64,000 nucleotides of DNA from Klebsormidium nitens (lineage: Eukaryota; Plantae; Klebsormidiophyceae), in the NCBI GenBank assembly GCA_000708835.1, contig DF236965.1, positions 124,001 to 188,000 of the forward strand, in the 5' to 3' direction. A model generated the notes under the pieces. The model saw only the letters and a list, made by a program, of their open reading frames with translations. It did not search any database and was not told the origin of the DNA. The position numbers were made by a program, and so were the translations under genes. Shown piece after piece: positions 25,301 to 37,809 of the stretch (positions are counted from its first letter, which is position 1; every line of letters begins with the position of its first letter).

Positions 25301-27396
25301 GGTCCAGTGTGAACCTGCAGTCGTTACAGATTGAGAAGGACCCGTGCGCCTCGCTGCCTCGCATATGCCGACCGTTTCGGAGCTTTCAATCTATTTCAAA
25401 TCCGTTGCCGTCGAGTCGGACCCAGCTTTTCCCCTTTGCTGCTACTTGTGTGCACACCGCTTTCACATCTATCTTGAAAGCGCGCTTTGTGCACTGCTGC
25501 ATCGGCCCTGCCTTCGGTCCTCGCATTGCATCATACAATCAAGAGGTCCAAACAAGTGCACGAAGCTACTGTATCGTCTATGTTGATGACACTGTCCATG
25601 CGTCCAGGCAAGCCCGGAACCCCCATGGCCGCTTTGAGGGGCGGCGACCGCCGGTATGTGTACAACCACGCCAGCTGTCGCCGTTGCGGAAGCCAGATCC
25701 GGAGTTGGGTGGTCGCCACAAGGTAAAGCAAAGCCTCAGAAATGCTTCTTCCACTGGCTGGCAAAGGGGAGTCACTTAGTGGTGTTGCTTTCTAGTGTCT
25801 TCCTTCCAGTTCTTACTCACTTGCTCTCTAGCGTCTCCGTTAAAGGTGTTACTCACTTAGGTCCTCCTTTCGTCGTTGATTCAAGCCGACGCATGTTAGT
25901 TCAAGTTTCAGCCAACTTCATATACTGCGAAGTCCCGTAGGCTTTCGACTCTGGTTTGAACCCCACCAGAAACTCCCAGTTACCGGATACACATGCAAGC
26001 AACTTTTTCAAGAACCACCCAAGTATCGCAGGATGTGCCTCGAGAACGAATGCGTGGCCCGATCTCGTTTCTCGCATGAGGCCCCGCTCTTCGTTCTAGT
26101 CCGCCACAAAATAAAGAAAGAGTAGCCAGACACTCTGAGAGCCGGGATTAAATTTCCGCTTCCTTAACAGACTCAAGAAGTCAAGTCCTACCACCATCTG
26201 ACCATCAATCCTTGTCATTCCTTGTTCTACTCGGATATGGTGGTTTGACTACTCGGTCTGATTTCGCGGGTTCTGCATCGCTCGGGTATTCCGATTCTGC
26301 AAAATTTTTATCGATGCGCTGAGTGCAGTGCCCTTCTCGTCTGCGCAGGACTCTGTACGCCTGCGAGACGTGCCAACCTCTGTTGCTCGAAGTCGAGACC
26401 GAGACCGTCACAATAAAGGGGCAGACCGCCAAGCGCACGCGGAAAAAGACGACAGTGGTCGACGACGAAGATGTACCGCTGAGCGAGCTGGGGGCCGGCG
26501 GAAAGAAGCGGAAAGCGAGAAGTGTGGCTGGGTACGTAACGCGAAGCACTTGCGTCTGCTTGACGTTACTTGGCTCGACAAGCTTTATTGAACTCCGTGA
26601 GGGCTTCGGCTGTTTGGCTTTTTAATCTGTGGCAAAGAACGCGGGCTTTGAAAATGGAGAAAGACCTTCACTGTGCGCCAGGGCAGACAAGCCGAGTGAA
26701 GCAGGCACCTGGCGTGGAGAAGATTTTGCAAAAATAGTGTCTGCTACCTTACGACTCTAAGCTAAGTGGCAATCGCTTGCCGTGCATTGACTGTCCGACG
26801 CATCCTCTGACGTCGGCTGCAGGTCGGGGCAGCGGCCCCGCCGGGGCGACGGCACCGCGCAGGAGCACTTCGCCCTTCCGGACAAGGACATCACCACCGG
26901 GGGCCTGCCGGACACGGATGCTTATGCGGGCGAGCTGCGGACGCTTCCAGTGATAACCGAGGTGGAAACCCTCGAGGTCAAGGCGGAAGCTTTGGAAGAG
27001 CCGCGTGTTGCTACAGCGAAAGCGCCACGTGTCAGGGCGACGAAAGGGACACCTGTCACGCGGCGGAAGAATGGGCGGATGGGGGTGGGCGACGGGAGCT
27101 CGTCGTGCGATCCAAAGGACCCGCCGGAAAAGAAGCTAGAGGAGAACGGAAAGCGCGCGTTGCCGCCATTGAAACCGGTTCGGAGGAAAGGGGCAAAGAG
27201 TAGTCCGGAAACGCCAGCGGAGGGATTGGCCGTGAGCGAAGTGGTGGAGACGGAGGTGCAGACTGCCGGGGCAAGGAAACGAAGCAGGGTGCAGTCGACG
27301 GGGCGGGTTTTAAGTGTTGGTTCCAAGGCCGGAGCAGAGAGCGTTGGTGTAATCAGGAGAGAAGGCCTGCGCGCGAGGAAAAAGCTGGTCTTGTAG
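22397..27396 (+). CDS. Fpg/Nei-family DNA glycosylase/AP lyase (endonuclease VIII-like) with C4 zinc finger and long basic tail (~510 aa)
   Basis: Nine in-frame exons: 22397-22459, 22797-22986, 23385-23569, 24044-24119, 24608-24690, 25186-25252, 25608-25722, 26349-26531, 26823-27396. Motifs: MVEGPG, EAHGKNLF, HFGMSG, LGPDPL, H2TH MDQSKIAGIGNIYRAEILF, and zinc finger CRRC-x16-CETC. Confidence 0.92.
23733..23787. repeat. Direct tandem duplication (26-bp unit, 29-bp period) in an intron
   Basis: AATGCTTGTCGGGTTGCGGGAACAAA occurs twice. Confidence 0.9.
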
Positions 27397-28905
27397 GAGC
27401 GAGAGCTCGGTCATCTTGCAGACTGCGTGGGATGCCTCTCCATCATGAAGACTTGCATGATGGCCGCAAGCAAGGTTTGTTTAATGGAAGGCCTGAAGTA
27501 ATTGGTATTACGTTGGACTGCTGCGATTGCTAGAGCCCGAGTGCCTGCGCGTTCCCCCTGAATTAAGTTCTCCTACCATGGTCTTCGAATCTGTGCATAC
27601 TTTGACAATCGCGCCTTGACCCGTGCCAGCTTTTCGTGTTTTCATGATGGCAGGGGTCGACGCGTAACTTGTCCTAGCTCGACGTACTGTATGGTTAGGA
27701 GCCCCCCGGCCAGCATGCGAGTTGATGATATTTTAGGAATGAAGCTCTAGCTGCCAGTTTCCAATTAACATTTGCGCGGCCATATATATGTGACTTTCAT
27801 ATGCCTACGGCTCCGGTATGTAGGCATGCTACATGAGAAGCAAGCTTTGCGGCGATGAATCGAATTGCCACACTCAATATGGGCCGCGCTCTCTTTGATC
27901 ATGCATAGTACCTAACAAAAGTTCACCATAAAAAACAATGTTTGCATGTGTAATTTGCGGATTCTGGCATCATGCGTGTATGATTGAACATATCGTATAG
28001 CCGCCTAGCTTAATATAGGCTTCACAATGAATCCATTGCATGAGCCGATGCAGGTTGATTATACCACCAAGCTCTTAAGTGAGATCTGCCCCTTTGTATT
28101 CAATCATCTGAGCCCCATCTGAGTCGATTCTTAAGGGTGCAGCTGACCCTCTGACCCGTTGGCGTGAAGCCATGAGTCTCGATCTCAGTGAGTGATTGCT
28201 GCCGCCATACCAGGTTCGGTTGCTAGGAGTCCATTTTAACATATAAGTGCCTATAATAGTAGATTGAAGTCAACTATAGAGATGCAGGTGGTGGTTAAAA
28301 TTGCGAAGACAGAGTCACTACCAGAAGGACAGCTCATACATTTTGTGTCAACAGCACATTAATTTACATCCAAACGCCAGCTAGGCCCTAGAACAGGTAG
28401 GCGCGACGGTGAGCCCTTCAGGATATTATGCGAAGAAGAACTTTCGGCGGCCCACTTCAATCGAACACTTCATGCAACTGGCGCCATTGCAGACATTCGC
28501 TTGCACAAGCTAGACTTGGTGGTGAACAACAGATCTAATGCTGCACAAGAAAACTTTATCACATGAGCTGTCCATGCGCATGGCTTTTGATTATCTATGA
28601 AACGGATTACGTTTTCTATCAAATTCTGTGATATCTATCTGTCCATTAGCGCCACTGCTCTGTATAATTCTACAGAGGACCTTGTATCATACGTATCTTA
28701 TTATACAGTATATGTATCCTCCTCTTGCTATATATATATCGTGGACCCCAACAACATATAGGTTTCAAACCAAATGCGAAGGTTTTTGTATCAAACGCAA
28801 TTGAAATCCGATCACACTTTGCTGCAAGTAACTTTGCAATCTACAGATGCAGGCTAATGGATGGTGCCACAAAAGAAGGAGCCCATATCTAAATATCCAG
28901 AGCCT

Positions 28906-31900
28906 TTACGAAGCTATGTTGCAATCCAGCTCATCGGGATAGAGGAGCCCCGCCTTCTTCGGCGCCGAAGGCATCTGCTCTTGAACCTTCTTGAGGCGCT
29001 TCTGGAGCTCTTTCATGACTGCCTCGCCTTTGGAGTCCAAAGCCAGGTCAGAGAAGTCCTTTACAAGAGAGGCACGCGGCACGTTGAGGATGTAGTTGTA
29101 GTTGAGCCACAGTTGGTAGCGGTCTTTGTCCTCACGCAAAGCGCCCTGCAAGACAACGAACACGACATGTAAGATGGTCCCCGAAAACGAAAGCTTTGTG
29201 TGATGAATGCCGTAGCATTTCCACATGTTTTTCGTTGTTTGTTGAACTCGACAGGAGCAAACTTGTTTTGTGAGTCAAGACTGACTGGTTTGTTAACAGG
29301 ACGATCGTCAAAATGGAAGCAAGCCGGGTCCATTAAAACAAATCTATCTTGATCTACATTGCACCTTCAGATGACTTTCGTGAACACTCGCAACTAGCTC
29401 TGAGAGATGGGAATCCGGCTTTGACAGCCAACACCTCTGGTGTGAATACCATCCATTAACGCTTCGCTCGAAGATGCTGAGATTGCCAGCATCGCATCAT
29501 CGACGAGTGGCGTTGGATCGTGTCTGACCTGATACACTCTGAGCGGCCACGTGGCAGTCCAGCACACATAGTTCCACATGTTCTGACCCACGGCTCCGTG
29601 CTCGCCAGTGCCCGACCATATGAAGACGGCTGCAAGCTTGGTGAGACCGCTGAGCGTAGGCGTGACCGGGTTGACCACATTTGTGACACCGCCGGGTACC
29701 AGGTTGTTGAGGAGGGTTAAGAAACGAACGATGGACGCGTCCGTGGCAACCGCCTCGTCGTCCTTGTAGTAGATAGACAGGTAATCCTTGGAGTACCTGC
29801 GTTCAAAGGGGATTGTGGCTCTTAACCATAGCCGGTTACGAGCTGGTCAAGAGTCCAGCAGACTCGAGTAGTAAGCAGGGACGTAACATGGCTGTAACAT
29901 CGGTCAAAGAACCACACTGGAACTTGGTTTACCACACCTGGTTAGCCAGACCTTCCGGTGGTTGGGTGCTGCACGGTCAAAAGCTGTGCTGGAGTCAAGG
30001 CAGAGTTTCTTCTAAATTAGGCAGATTACAGCTTCTCCGGGATTGCGTTCAATTCCTTTAAAAAGTAACATCGCTTGAAACTCATCACCATGCTGAAAGG
30101 CTTCCGGATACCATAAAGAACCTGTCAAACAGGGAGAGCACCTGCGAAAGCTAAGGAAAGACCGGTGAAGCCCAATCTGAACTTTTGTAGTGATTGTATT
30201 CAACGTGGTTTGCTCTTATACAACTGAGTGAGCGCGTGGAATAGCAGAAAAGGAGGCAAATGACGTCGTTGCCGACTGACGCTATGAGAAAGCTGTGAGC
30301 TTCAAATCTTACATGGCGATGACGCCCCACAGCTCCCGTAGATTGTTGGCAGCGGGAGAGTCGACGTCCATGCAGTAATGGCTGGGGTCCATCTCCAGCA
30401 GGTCGAACCCGTCTGTCCAGTAATCAGCTACCGCTTTGAAGATCTCCTCGCGAGGCCAGCTGAACACCGATTCAAACTGCACAGCAGAATAAACCAACAC
30501 CTTAGGCAATCGTTTCTATCTGAAAAGAGCAAGAAGGTTACCTGAAAGGTGGAGCATCCTGCATCTGATCTCGAGATGTGTTTGAGAATTTTGAAATTGT
30601 GAAAAATCTCTTGAGAAGGGACTGCGAACCCTCTGACACTATCTTATTTGTGTCAGACTCACGAGATGTCGACCTAGATAGGCATACCGAAAGACATACC
30701 GAAGTGGTTGTGGCAATCTTCTCAAACGACCTCTAAGTTGGTCTGGAGCTGAGCGTGAAAACCGAGAAGCAAGGATCCTCATTACTACAAAAGCAAGGGC
30801 GCTCAAGCAGGAGCTAGCTAGCTATAGCAAGGAACCGTCCAGATGGAGTGAATTGTGAGTTGCATAGCTGCTTCAGCACAACCGCAGCATGAGACCAAGC
30901 CTTTCTGGGAATTGTGCTTGCTTCGGAAGATCAAGATGTCAGGATGAGGACTTCACCCTTCGTTCGTTAAGAGGCAACTTCGGGCTCGCTCACCGTCGAA
31001 TTGAAAAAGCCCCCCTGGAGGTCAGTCCTGATGGTCTGTGCGTTGCTCCGGATTGCCCCAAAGAAGTGGGCCCACAGCAGCCGAAGCAGGGGGTGGGAGC
31101 CGCTCAGCGTGTTCCGGGCCGCGATCTAAAGGAAGAGCACGTCGTCAAAGACCGAGGTAAGAGCCGGCTTGATTACTCACAGCCGAGTTTGTCGCACGCG
31201 CATCTAGTCACGAGGAGGGCTGCTTTGAGCCCAAAACACGTGTATACATCTGGATAAAGATATCGACTTTCTGCCCAACGATTTGCAGAAACAGACCAGC
31301 CAAGATGGGCTTTTGCATTTGACCATCAGCAATAACGTCAGCGTTCTGGTCCATTGACTCTCTGATTTCGAAGTTTTTACAGTCCGTCCTTTGGAAGGAG
31401 CTACTCGTGAGTACATCCCACAATGGCCTACCGTGGGCATGCGATCACAGCGGCTCCCAGCCGTTCACCTTGTAGCATGCCTCTCTCGATCTGAAATCTA
31501 TCATCTGCACTGTGGCAGCTTTGCCAAGCACTACTATGCACAGTGCCTGCTAGCTGACTGGTGACACAGCCGCTTTCACATCACTGGGTTGTCCTTCACA
31601 ATATTCAGAGCTTCATTGCTTAGTATCTGACCTCACATTCTCTTACAAGATTTGTAAAAGGAGGCTTCTGTAGATTCTGTAGGCTTCGTTGAAGGAGAAG
31701 CCTTCAGCGCTATGCACGTTGAGAAGGTAGCGGCCAACACCTCTGGCACCATAAAATGTAGGCCGCTTTAAGGTCTGGTTTAAGGCTTCCGGATGCAATA
31801 TTTCCAATCAAAGCGACCTCAAAGTTCTCCCCAAGATCAAGATGACCTGAAATGTTGCATCTTTAAGATCACCACTGACCTTTAAACCCGACCTTTAATC

Positions 31901-34391
31901 GCCTATACGTTTCTAGTATTTGGAGCTAAGCAGAGGTCGCCAATCGTACCTCAAAGCACTCCGCCATGGCCACGTGCACTCCCATCGTGTGGTGTAGAAT
32001 GCTGTTATAAGTGGCAGCGCTGGCCAAGAAAATCTGTTTGGCCAGTGCAAAGCGTTCGGGGTCGTCTGAAGGGCTGACAGCTCCTGTCTCGCCCGTGGTT
32101 ATGCTGGTTACCTGAAGAAGAGCAGCAAAGCATGATATACTGTAGCGTTGGCAGTTGTCGCCAACATTTTGCATTACATGTATGCCTTCATCCGATTTGG
32201 GAAAGAGGCGCCTTCTGTGGCAAGCAATGTGTCGTAGCAGCATGTACTGTTAGGGGAACCATCCGCAAGAAAACGGCTAGGATTGTCAGAAATTGCAAGA
32301 AGAGAAGCAGATTTTCACATCGCCTCAAGAACCACTGATATTATGATCAATACCTATCAATAGGTATTCTTGACAGGTGAGGATAGGCTGGGCTGTCCGT
32401 GAAGAAACATATCCACAAAATACTCGTGTCCCTCGCCTCCTGCCGGAATTAAGTGCAAAACCAGACTCTGAGCCTGTTCATCAGGACCTGAACGGACACT
32501 CTGTCCACTCTGAAAGTTGAACATCGGCAATTGGAGACGTCCATGGAATCTTTGTCACCTAAATTTTTCAGAAGGGGTCAGTCAGCGATCGAAGAATTCC
32601 CTCCAGTTGCTAAACAGAGTTCCCCAAGGCACCACTCAATTGAAAACTTAGAGACTGCTTGGATCCAGTTTGCTCCCGCCGGGCCCTTTCAAAAAGAGCT
32701 AGGTCTGGCTCTATGGTCGACATTTGATTTGCAAAGAAGCAGGGTTTGGTCTGACAAAGCCAACGTCTAGGTTCAGCAGACAAAGGTGATCTAAGCAGTT
32801 CTTTCAAAATGTCTGGAAAGCTTCAGCTTGTGCGTACCTGCCACACAGCGTTTAGCTCAGCTTTGGCCCCCAGTCTGTGCAGGCCCGGATAGACTTTGTA
32901 CTTTGCGAGCTTCGAGAGATCAATGATGTACCCTCCCTGGGTTGGCCCTTGCTGAGACTTTGCTTGGGTGTACCGAAGCAAGGGGCCATTGCGGGCCAGC
33001 TCTCCGATGTCAGCTCTGCCCTTTGCCATACCCTGTATTCAGAAAGGCAACCCCTATGACAACCTGCCAGATCAAAATCTCCTCGTGCATTTCAACCACG
33101 GTGCTGCACAAACTGCAATTCAATCGCTGTATCTACAAGAAACAAGATCTAGGCATTCAAGGTGACAAGCTGGCAGCCAGTCCGTGCACAGAGAAAGAAT
33201 GTAGTGAGGAGAGGCTACCTTTGTTGGTTGCTTACCGGAGGGCGCACAGGAGCTTGGAAAGACTTCTGGAGGTTTGCAAATGGGACCTTGGTGAATGCGT
33301 CTTGGACCATCTCGTCCTCTTGCAAAGTGAAAAGAGACAAAGTAAGGGAGCGCCCTTCCATCAAAATGTGCTCAACCATTCAACTTTTCCACAATGAAGC
33401 GCAGCAACCAGAAATCCTGGAAAGTTGCAGAGAAAGAAATTGCAACACAGGCTAGTCCCTCCAGTGAGTGTGTTTATAGAATTGATTGCCTTCTTCCATG
33501 GAAGATCTAGCCCCCATTCCAGGGTCCCAGCAAAAGCGCGTGTATTCCACCAGTGGTGAAATTGGATCATCACTTGAGCAGACTTACAAAAAGAAAGAAG
33601 ATGCCAGCTGAATCTCACCATCATTCACAACAGGTCCGCCGGTTCTTGAGTCGCCTGTTGCCAATGGGAAGATCCACATGAGCACCCACTGAACCAACGT
33701 AACAATCTGCAGAAAGTTGACGATTTGAGCTGAGAAGTAGAGAGGTGTTCATACAACTGTAAAACCTAACCAACCTCAAAGTTACCTTCATACGGGAACA
33801 CCCAATCAGAAGATAAGGTCTTGGAATGCTTCTTAAGAAGTTGACTGACGTGTGAGAGCTATTGCTCCGTGAAGAAGAGGTATCCGCACCAAACTTCAGG
33901 TCAGGGCTCCTTGGGAAGGCTGATCTTGTCCTGAGCAGTTTCATTGATTGGTCCCAGTGCCGGGGCACAATCCAGATGTTGCAGATCTCCAGGTCATTTA
34001 GCGTACAGGAAACAGCAGATGTTTGACTCCCATGTGTATCCAACAAAGATTACACAGGGCTGAGACAAAACAAGACTTGCTATCAAAGTAACCTGCCAAA
34101 AGTGGAGCACTGTATTACCTGAACAAGCCACTGATAGAGAATTGCCTCATCTTTTGGTACCGTTTCAGCCTGCACGACCAGCTTCGAAGTCGATCCGGTG
34201 CCTGGATCAACTGTTGGCAGGTAATGCGGCAGGAAGGACTTCACCCCCAGCTTATCCGTCTTGCAGGTTTTCAATAGGTTGTTGTTGGGAATGGGAAGCG
34301 GGGAGCGCTGGTTCCTGTCCATCTTTGTCTTTGCGAATGCTGTCCAAAAGATGCGCCGCAGACTGCAGCTAGTTTCTGATGGAGGCGCCAT
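28906..34391 (-). CDS. Lipoxygenase-family protein, compact and lacking a PLAT domain (~502 aa)
   Basis: Nine in-frame exons: 34391-34119, 33706-33619, 33318-33236, 32936-32838, 32111-31950, 31125-30994, 30476-30313, 29796-29529, 29145-28906. LOX motifs: VPKDE, FALAK, HHTMGVH (H-x4-H), IAARNTL-HPLLRLLWAHF, IYYKDDEAVATD, FIWSGTGEHGAV, C-terminus LLYPDELDCNIAS*. The start codon choice is tentative. Confidence 0.88.
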
Positions 34392-36309
34392 CTTCCAGTG
34401 GGAAATGCTCCTACCTTTCCTCAATCAGGAATGTCGAGTTTGAGACAATGCTATCAGACAAGGCCGAGCTGGGGGAGAAAGGAAATCTCCTTCGAATGTT
34501 TGAGGCAGCCAACTCTCTGGTGGTCCCAACACATATATACTTTTCTTTCTTGAAGAAGGGCGACGTAGCGGGGAAGCCATGGACCTGATTGCTGCAACAA
34601 AATGAATGTACGAGGACTGGTGCAGCAAATGCATTATTCACGTGATGGTATGTACTACCGAATTCCGCTGGAAAATATTCTGGGCGGTAATGGACCGATA
34701 ATGGTTCTATTTAGCTGGTAACGCTAGGGCTGCCGAAAGTCGCAAACGTTTCATAATTAATTATTTGGCGTCGAACCTGACGAAATCAAACGCTGGTACG
34801 GTATGCTGAGTGCTGCATTTAATGACCGTTAGCTTTCAAGGATGCATGATTGCCCTTCAATCATGAATATTCTTCGAATCTTTCCGTACTGGTTTGACTT
34901 TACGCGAAGTTCTCAGGCTCTGCGATTCCGCCTCATGCGCAGGCGTCCGGACTCCGACTCCGGACTCCGGCGAAGTACAAAGACGGAATCTTCCGCTTTT
35001 ACTCCGTCCGATTTGAAGGTCCGACTACACCGGAAGGGGTGTCCGCTGGGACTGACGGTACTAGTTCATCGGACGGTCTCGAACGGTTCGCCTTCAATAG
35101 GGTCCAGAATACCTATTCTACTAGTCCAGCTAATAGTATCCTTGCTTTCTTGCTTGGAGATAACTTTCGCCCAATGATGCAATGAATGCGCTGTTGCCTG
35201 CAATATCGCACGGTTCAAGGGTACGTTTGATTTCACTTCGAAGCTTCTCTAGTCCGTAACTGGCAATAGGTTACTTAGCTGAGCCGGAATGAAGAAAATT
35301 AAAACATTACTCCAAGCACAGATTTGCACTTGGTAGCTTTCTAGTCACACGGACAGATATACACCGAAAGGAACGAAGAGATGTGTAACAGCAGCCAAGA
35401 AGCGGCGTCAAGCAACAAGTGGTGAAGTGGCGCCAAAAAGAACGGACGAGAGATGGCTGCAAGGCTCGCATCGCGAGACTCACGTTCCAGTCTGTAGTTT
35501 GCATCACTCGGAACGCTGCGGGTACTAACCATCTCTGATCACATCTTTGTGACGCTTCCAAGTTCAGGTATAATCTCATCAACGCGAAGGCTCTGAGAGA
35601 GCATAAGAGCACCAAAGGCTTACTTGATGGCTGATTAGGATATAACGTGCATGATGTTTGATGTCAGCCTCAGTGCCTGGGGTATCCAGTTTTAAAGATA
35701 TGGATGCCTCTCTACTTTGGTCGCTCGTTTGACATTTGTCAAGCAAGCTGCAGCGAGCTCTCGACCGTTGTCCAAGTTGTCACTAGAAGGACTCAGCAGC
35801 CCTACTTTAGCTGTAGTGATTAGGGACACGTTTCCATATGAATCAGACGAATGGGCTTCAAAATGAACTGGTTGAACTGGTCCAGCTGCGAACAGAGGGC
35901 GGCCGCTAGTTTGTCATCTGGTCGCCAGACTAGGGCGCTCTCTTGTAGAACTTAGAGCTTCTTCCTTGACCAGATTGATAGCTTATCTTGAATGAAGACG
36001 CTGTTTCTAATCCATTGGTGTAAGCAATTCCCGCCTCGAGAGATTGCTGATGTAAAGTGCTTAGTGCATTCGAGAAGAGTGGCGCTAACTTGTGAAAGCA
36101 ACCGTCCAGGACGTGGCTCCACCTCAAATGGGGACGCCCTTAGACCTTTCACTGGACACGTGTCTGTTCCCGAAAAGTTTCTTCCACAAAAGGCGAAGCA
36201 GCTCACAACCGCGCAGGCAAGCCCAAGCCCTCTGAAAGGCCGGTCGATTTTATCTCGCGGCGGTGCTGCGCGTTACTCGTGGCCCGCGGAGCGCGCCGCG
36301 GTGGGGCAG

Positions 36310-36490
36310 CCGCTTGATCGACGCCGTGGAGGCGTGCTGGGACCACGACCCCACGCGGCGCCCCTCCGCGGACCAAGTCGCGCGCAGGCTGCACCTCGTT
36401 GGCCTCCGCCTGGGACACGTGGCGGCCAGGGAGGCCAGGATGATCTGTGTGATTAGGAGAGCTTGCTTCTGTGGGTGGCGGAAGAACTAA
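36310..36490 (+). pseudogene. Orphan terminal exon of a eukaryotic protein kinase (subdomain XI)
   Basis: After a GGGCAG acceptor it reads RLIDAVEACWDHDPTRRPSADQVARRL...RKN*, matching the L-I-x-x-CW-x-x-x-P-x-x-RPS subdomain XI pattern, with high GC3. I found no upstream kinase exons on the + strand. Confidence 0.65.
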
Positions 36491-37809
36491 GAAGGTGGGC
36501 TTTCGGTTAGCTAGGAGAAAGTCAAGTACAGTAGTCGTTCATTCTGTTCGATTACGCCGGGGGGAGGGATAGAAATTTGGAGCTTTGTCGTGGTTTAGCT
36601 GACAGCAAGTCGTCACTCGGCGCGGAATGGAGATCTTTCATGCGGGGTGGGTTGACAAGATTTTAGAAGCCCGTAGTGACGCCTGTTTCATATCGTGGGG
36701 GGAACTCAGAATTTAGAATATGACCATCGTGTATGGTTCTGTGATCGCCTGCGTACGAGATCATTCAAGTTGATACTGGAGGATTGCAGACGGGTTGTAA
36801 ACAGGTCGAATAAAATTGCTGGCAGCGTTGGTAAGATCAGATGTAAGGATGACTTTAGACAGGACGAGACCGTTGTTGACAGAACCCGTCCGTCCGTTGA
36901 CATTGCAACGCCTAAAGCAAAGTTTGATAGAAAGTTGAGACGATCACAAACTTGATCGTTCGAGTCAGAGACTTGCATGCGTACTACATCCTAATGAGAC
37001 TTGAGAATCCTTGGTGCCCCGGGTAGTCGGAGTGTGGTAGTGACTTATGTGTGCCGGCAATGATGTTGATGGCAAGATTTGACCCGAGCTCGAGCCTGCC
37101 ATGTACTGCGGTCACTTGCTATAATAGTCTCGATCTGAAAGCTATTCAGTAAAGGAAAGGGCCTTCACCTACGTGCGAACGCATTGTGCACTCAAACTGC
37201 GTATAGCACCTCGGCGTTGGCACAGAGTCTGACGCCGCTGGACTGCCATGCAGTACTAGTCTTATTACTTCAAACAAATTTTAGCGTCACTCCCGATTTG
37301 GATGCCTTAGGGCCAGTATAACGCGGTCGAACTCGCTTGGAGTAGGTATACGGTGATGTGGACGTTGTCAGCCAATGCTACAAAAGCAACATCTGGGGTC
37401 GCAAAAATCGACTACTCATCACTACCCAATCATCCATTTAATCATTTCCGATTCAAGCAGGCCAAGTAGCCTTGAAAGGAACCGTTCGATATGCACTCTG
37501 GATTCCAGCCGATTCGTAACGTGGAAATCAATCAACGTGGGATATCATCAGGAGTCTCAATCTGCTAAACTGTGTCTATAAAAAGCTGATTTTAACGAGT
37601 CTTCAATCACTCTCCCTACTTCTTCCAGTATCGCCGCAGCGCTCGCTAGTGCGACTGATCAAGATGCTGATGGTAGCTTTTCGGGAGAAGCGCTCAGAGG
37701 GTATGAACAAGGAGGTTTCGGCTTCAACCCGATGTTTCCACTTGAGCCAAACTGGTGTGCAACATATCCCTAGTTTTTAGTCAATCTGGAACACTGGAGA
37801 AACACCTTT

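Noticed and set aside
34925-35100. CCGGACTCC repeats and a short inverted repeat upstream of the LOX gene
   Set aside because: Too short and degenerate to call a MITE; no TIR/TSD pair found.
37015-37100. Second possible Pol III A/B-box element
   Set aside because: Both boxes deviate from consensus and there is no tRNA-like arm.
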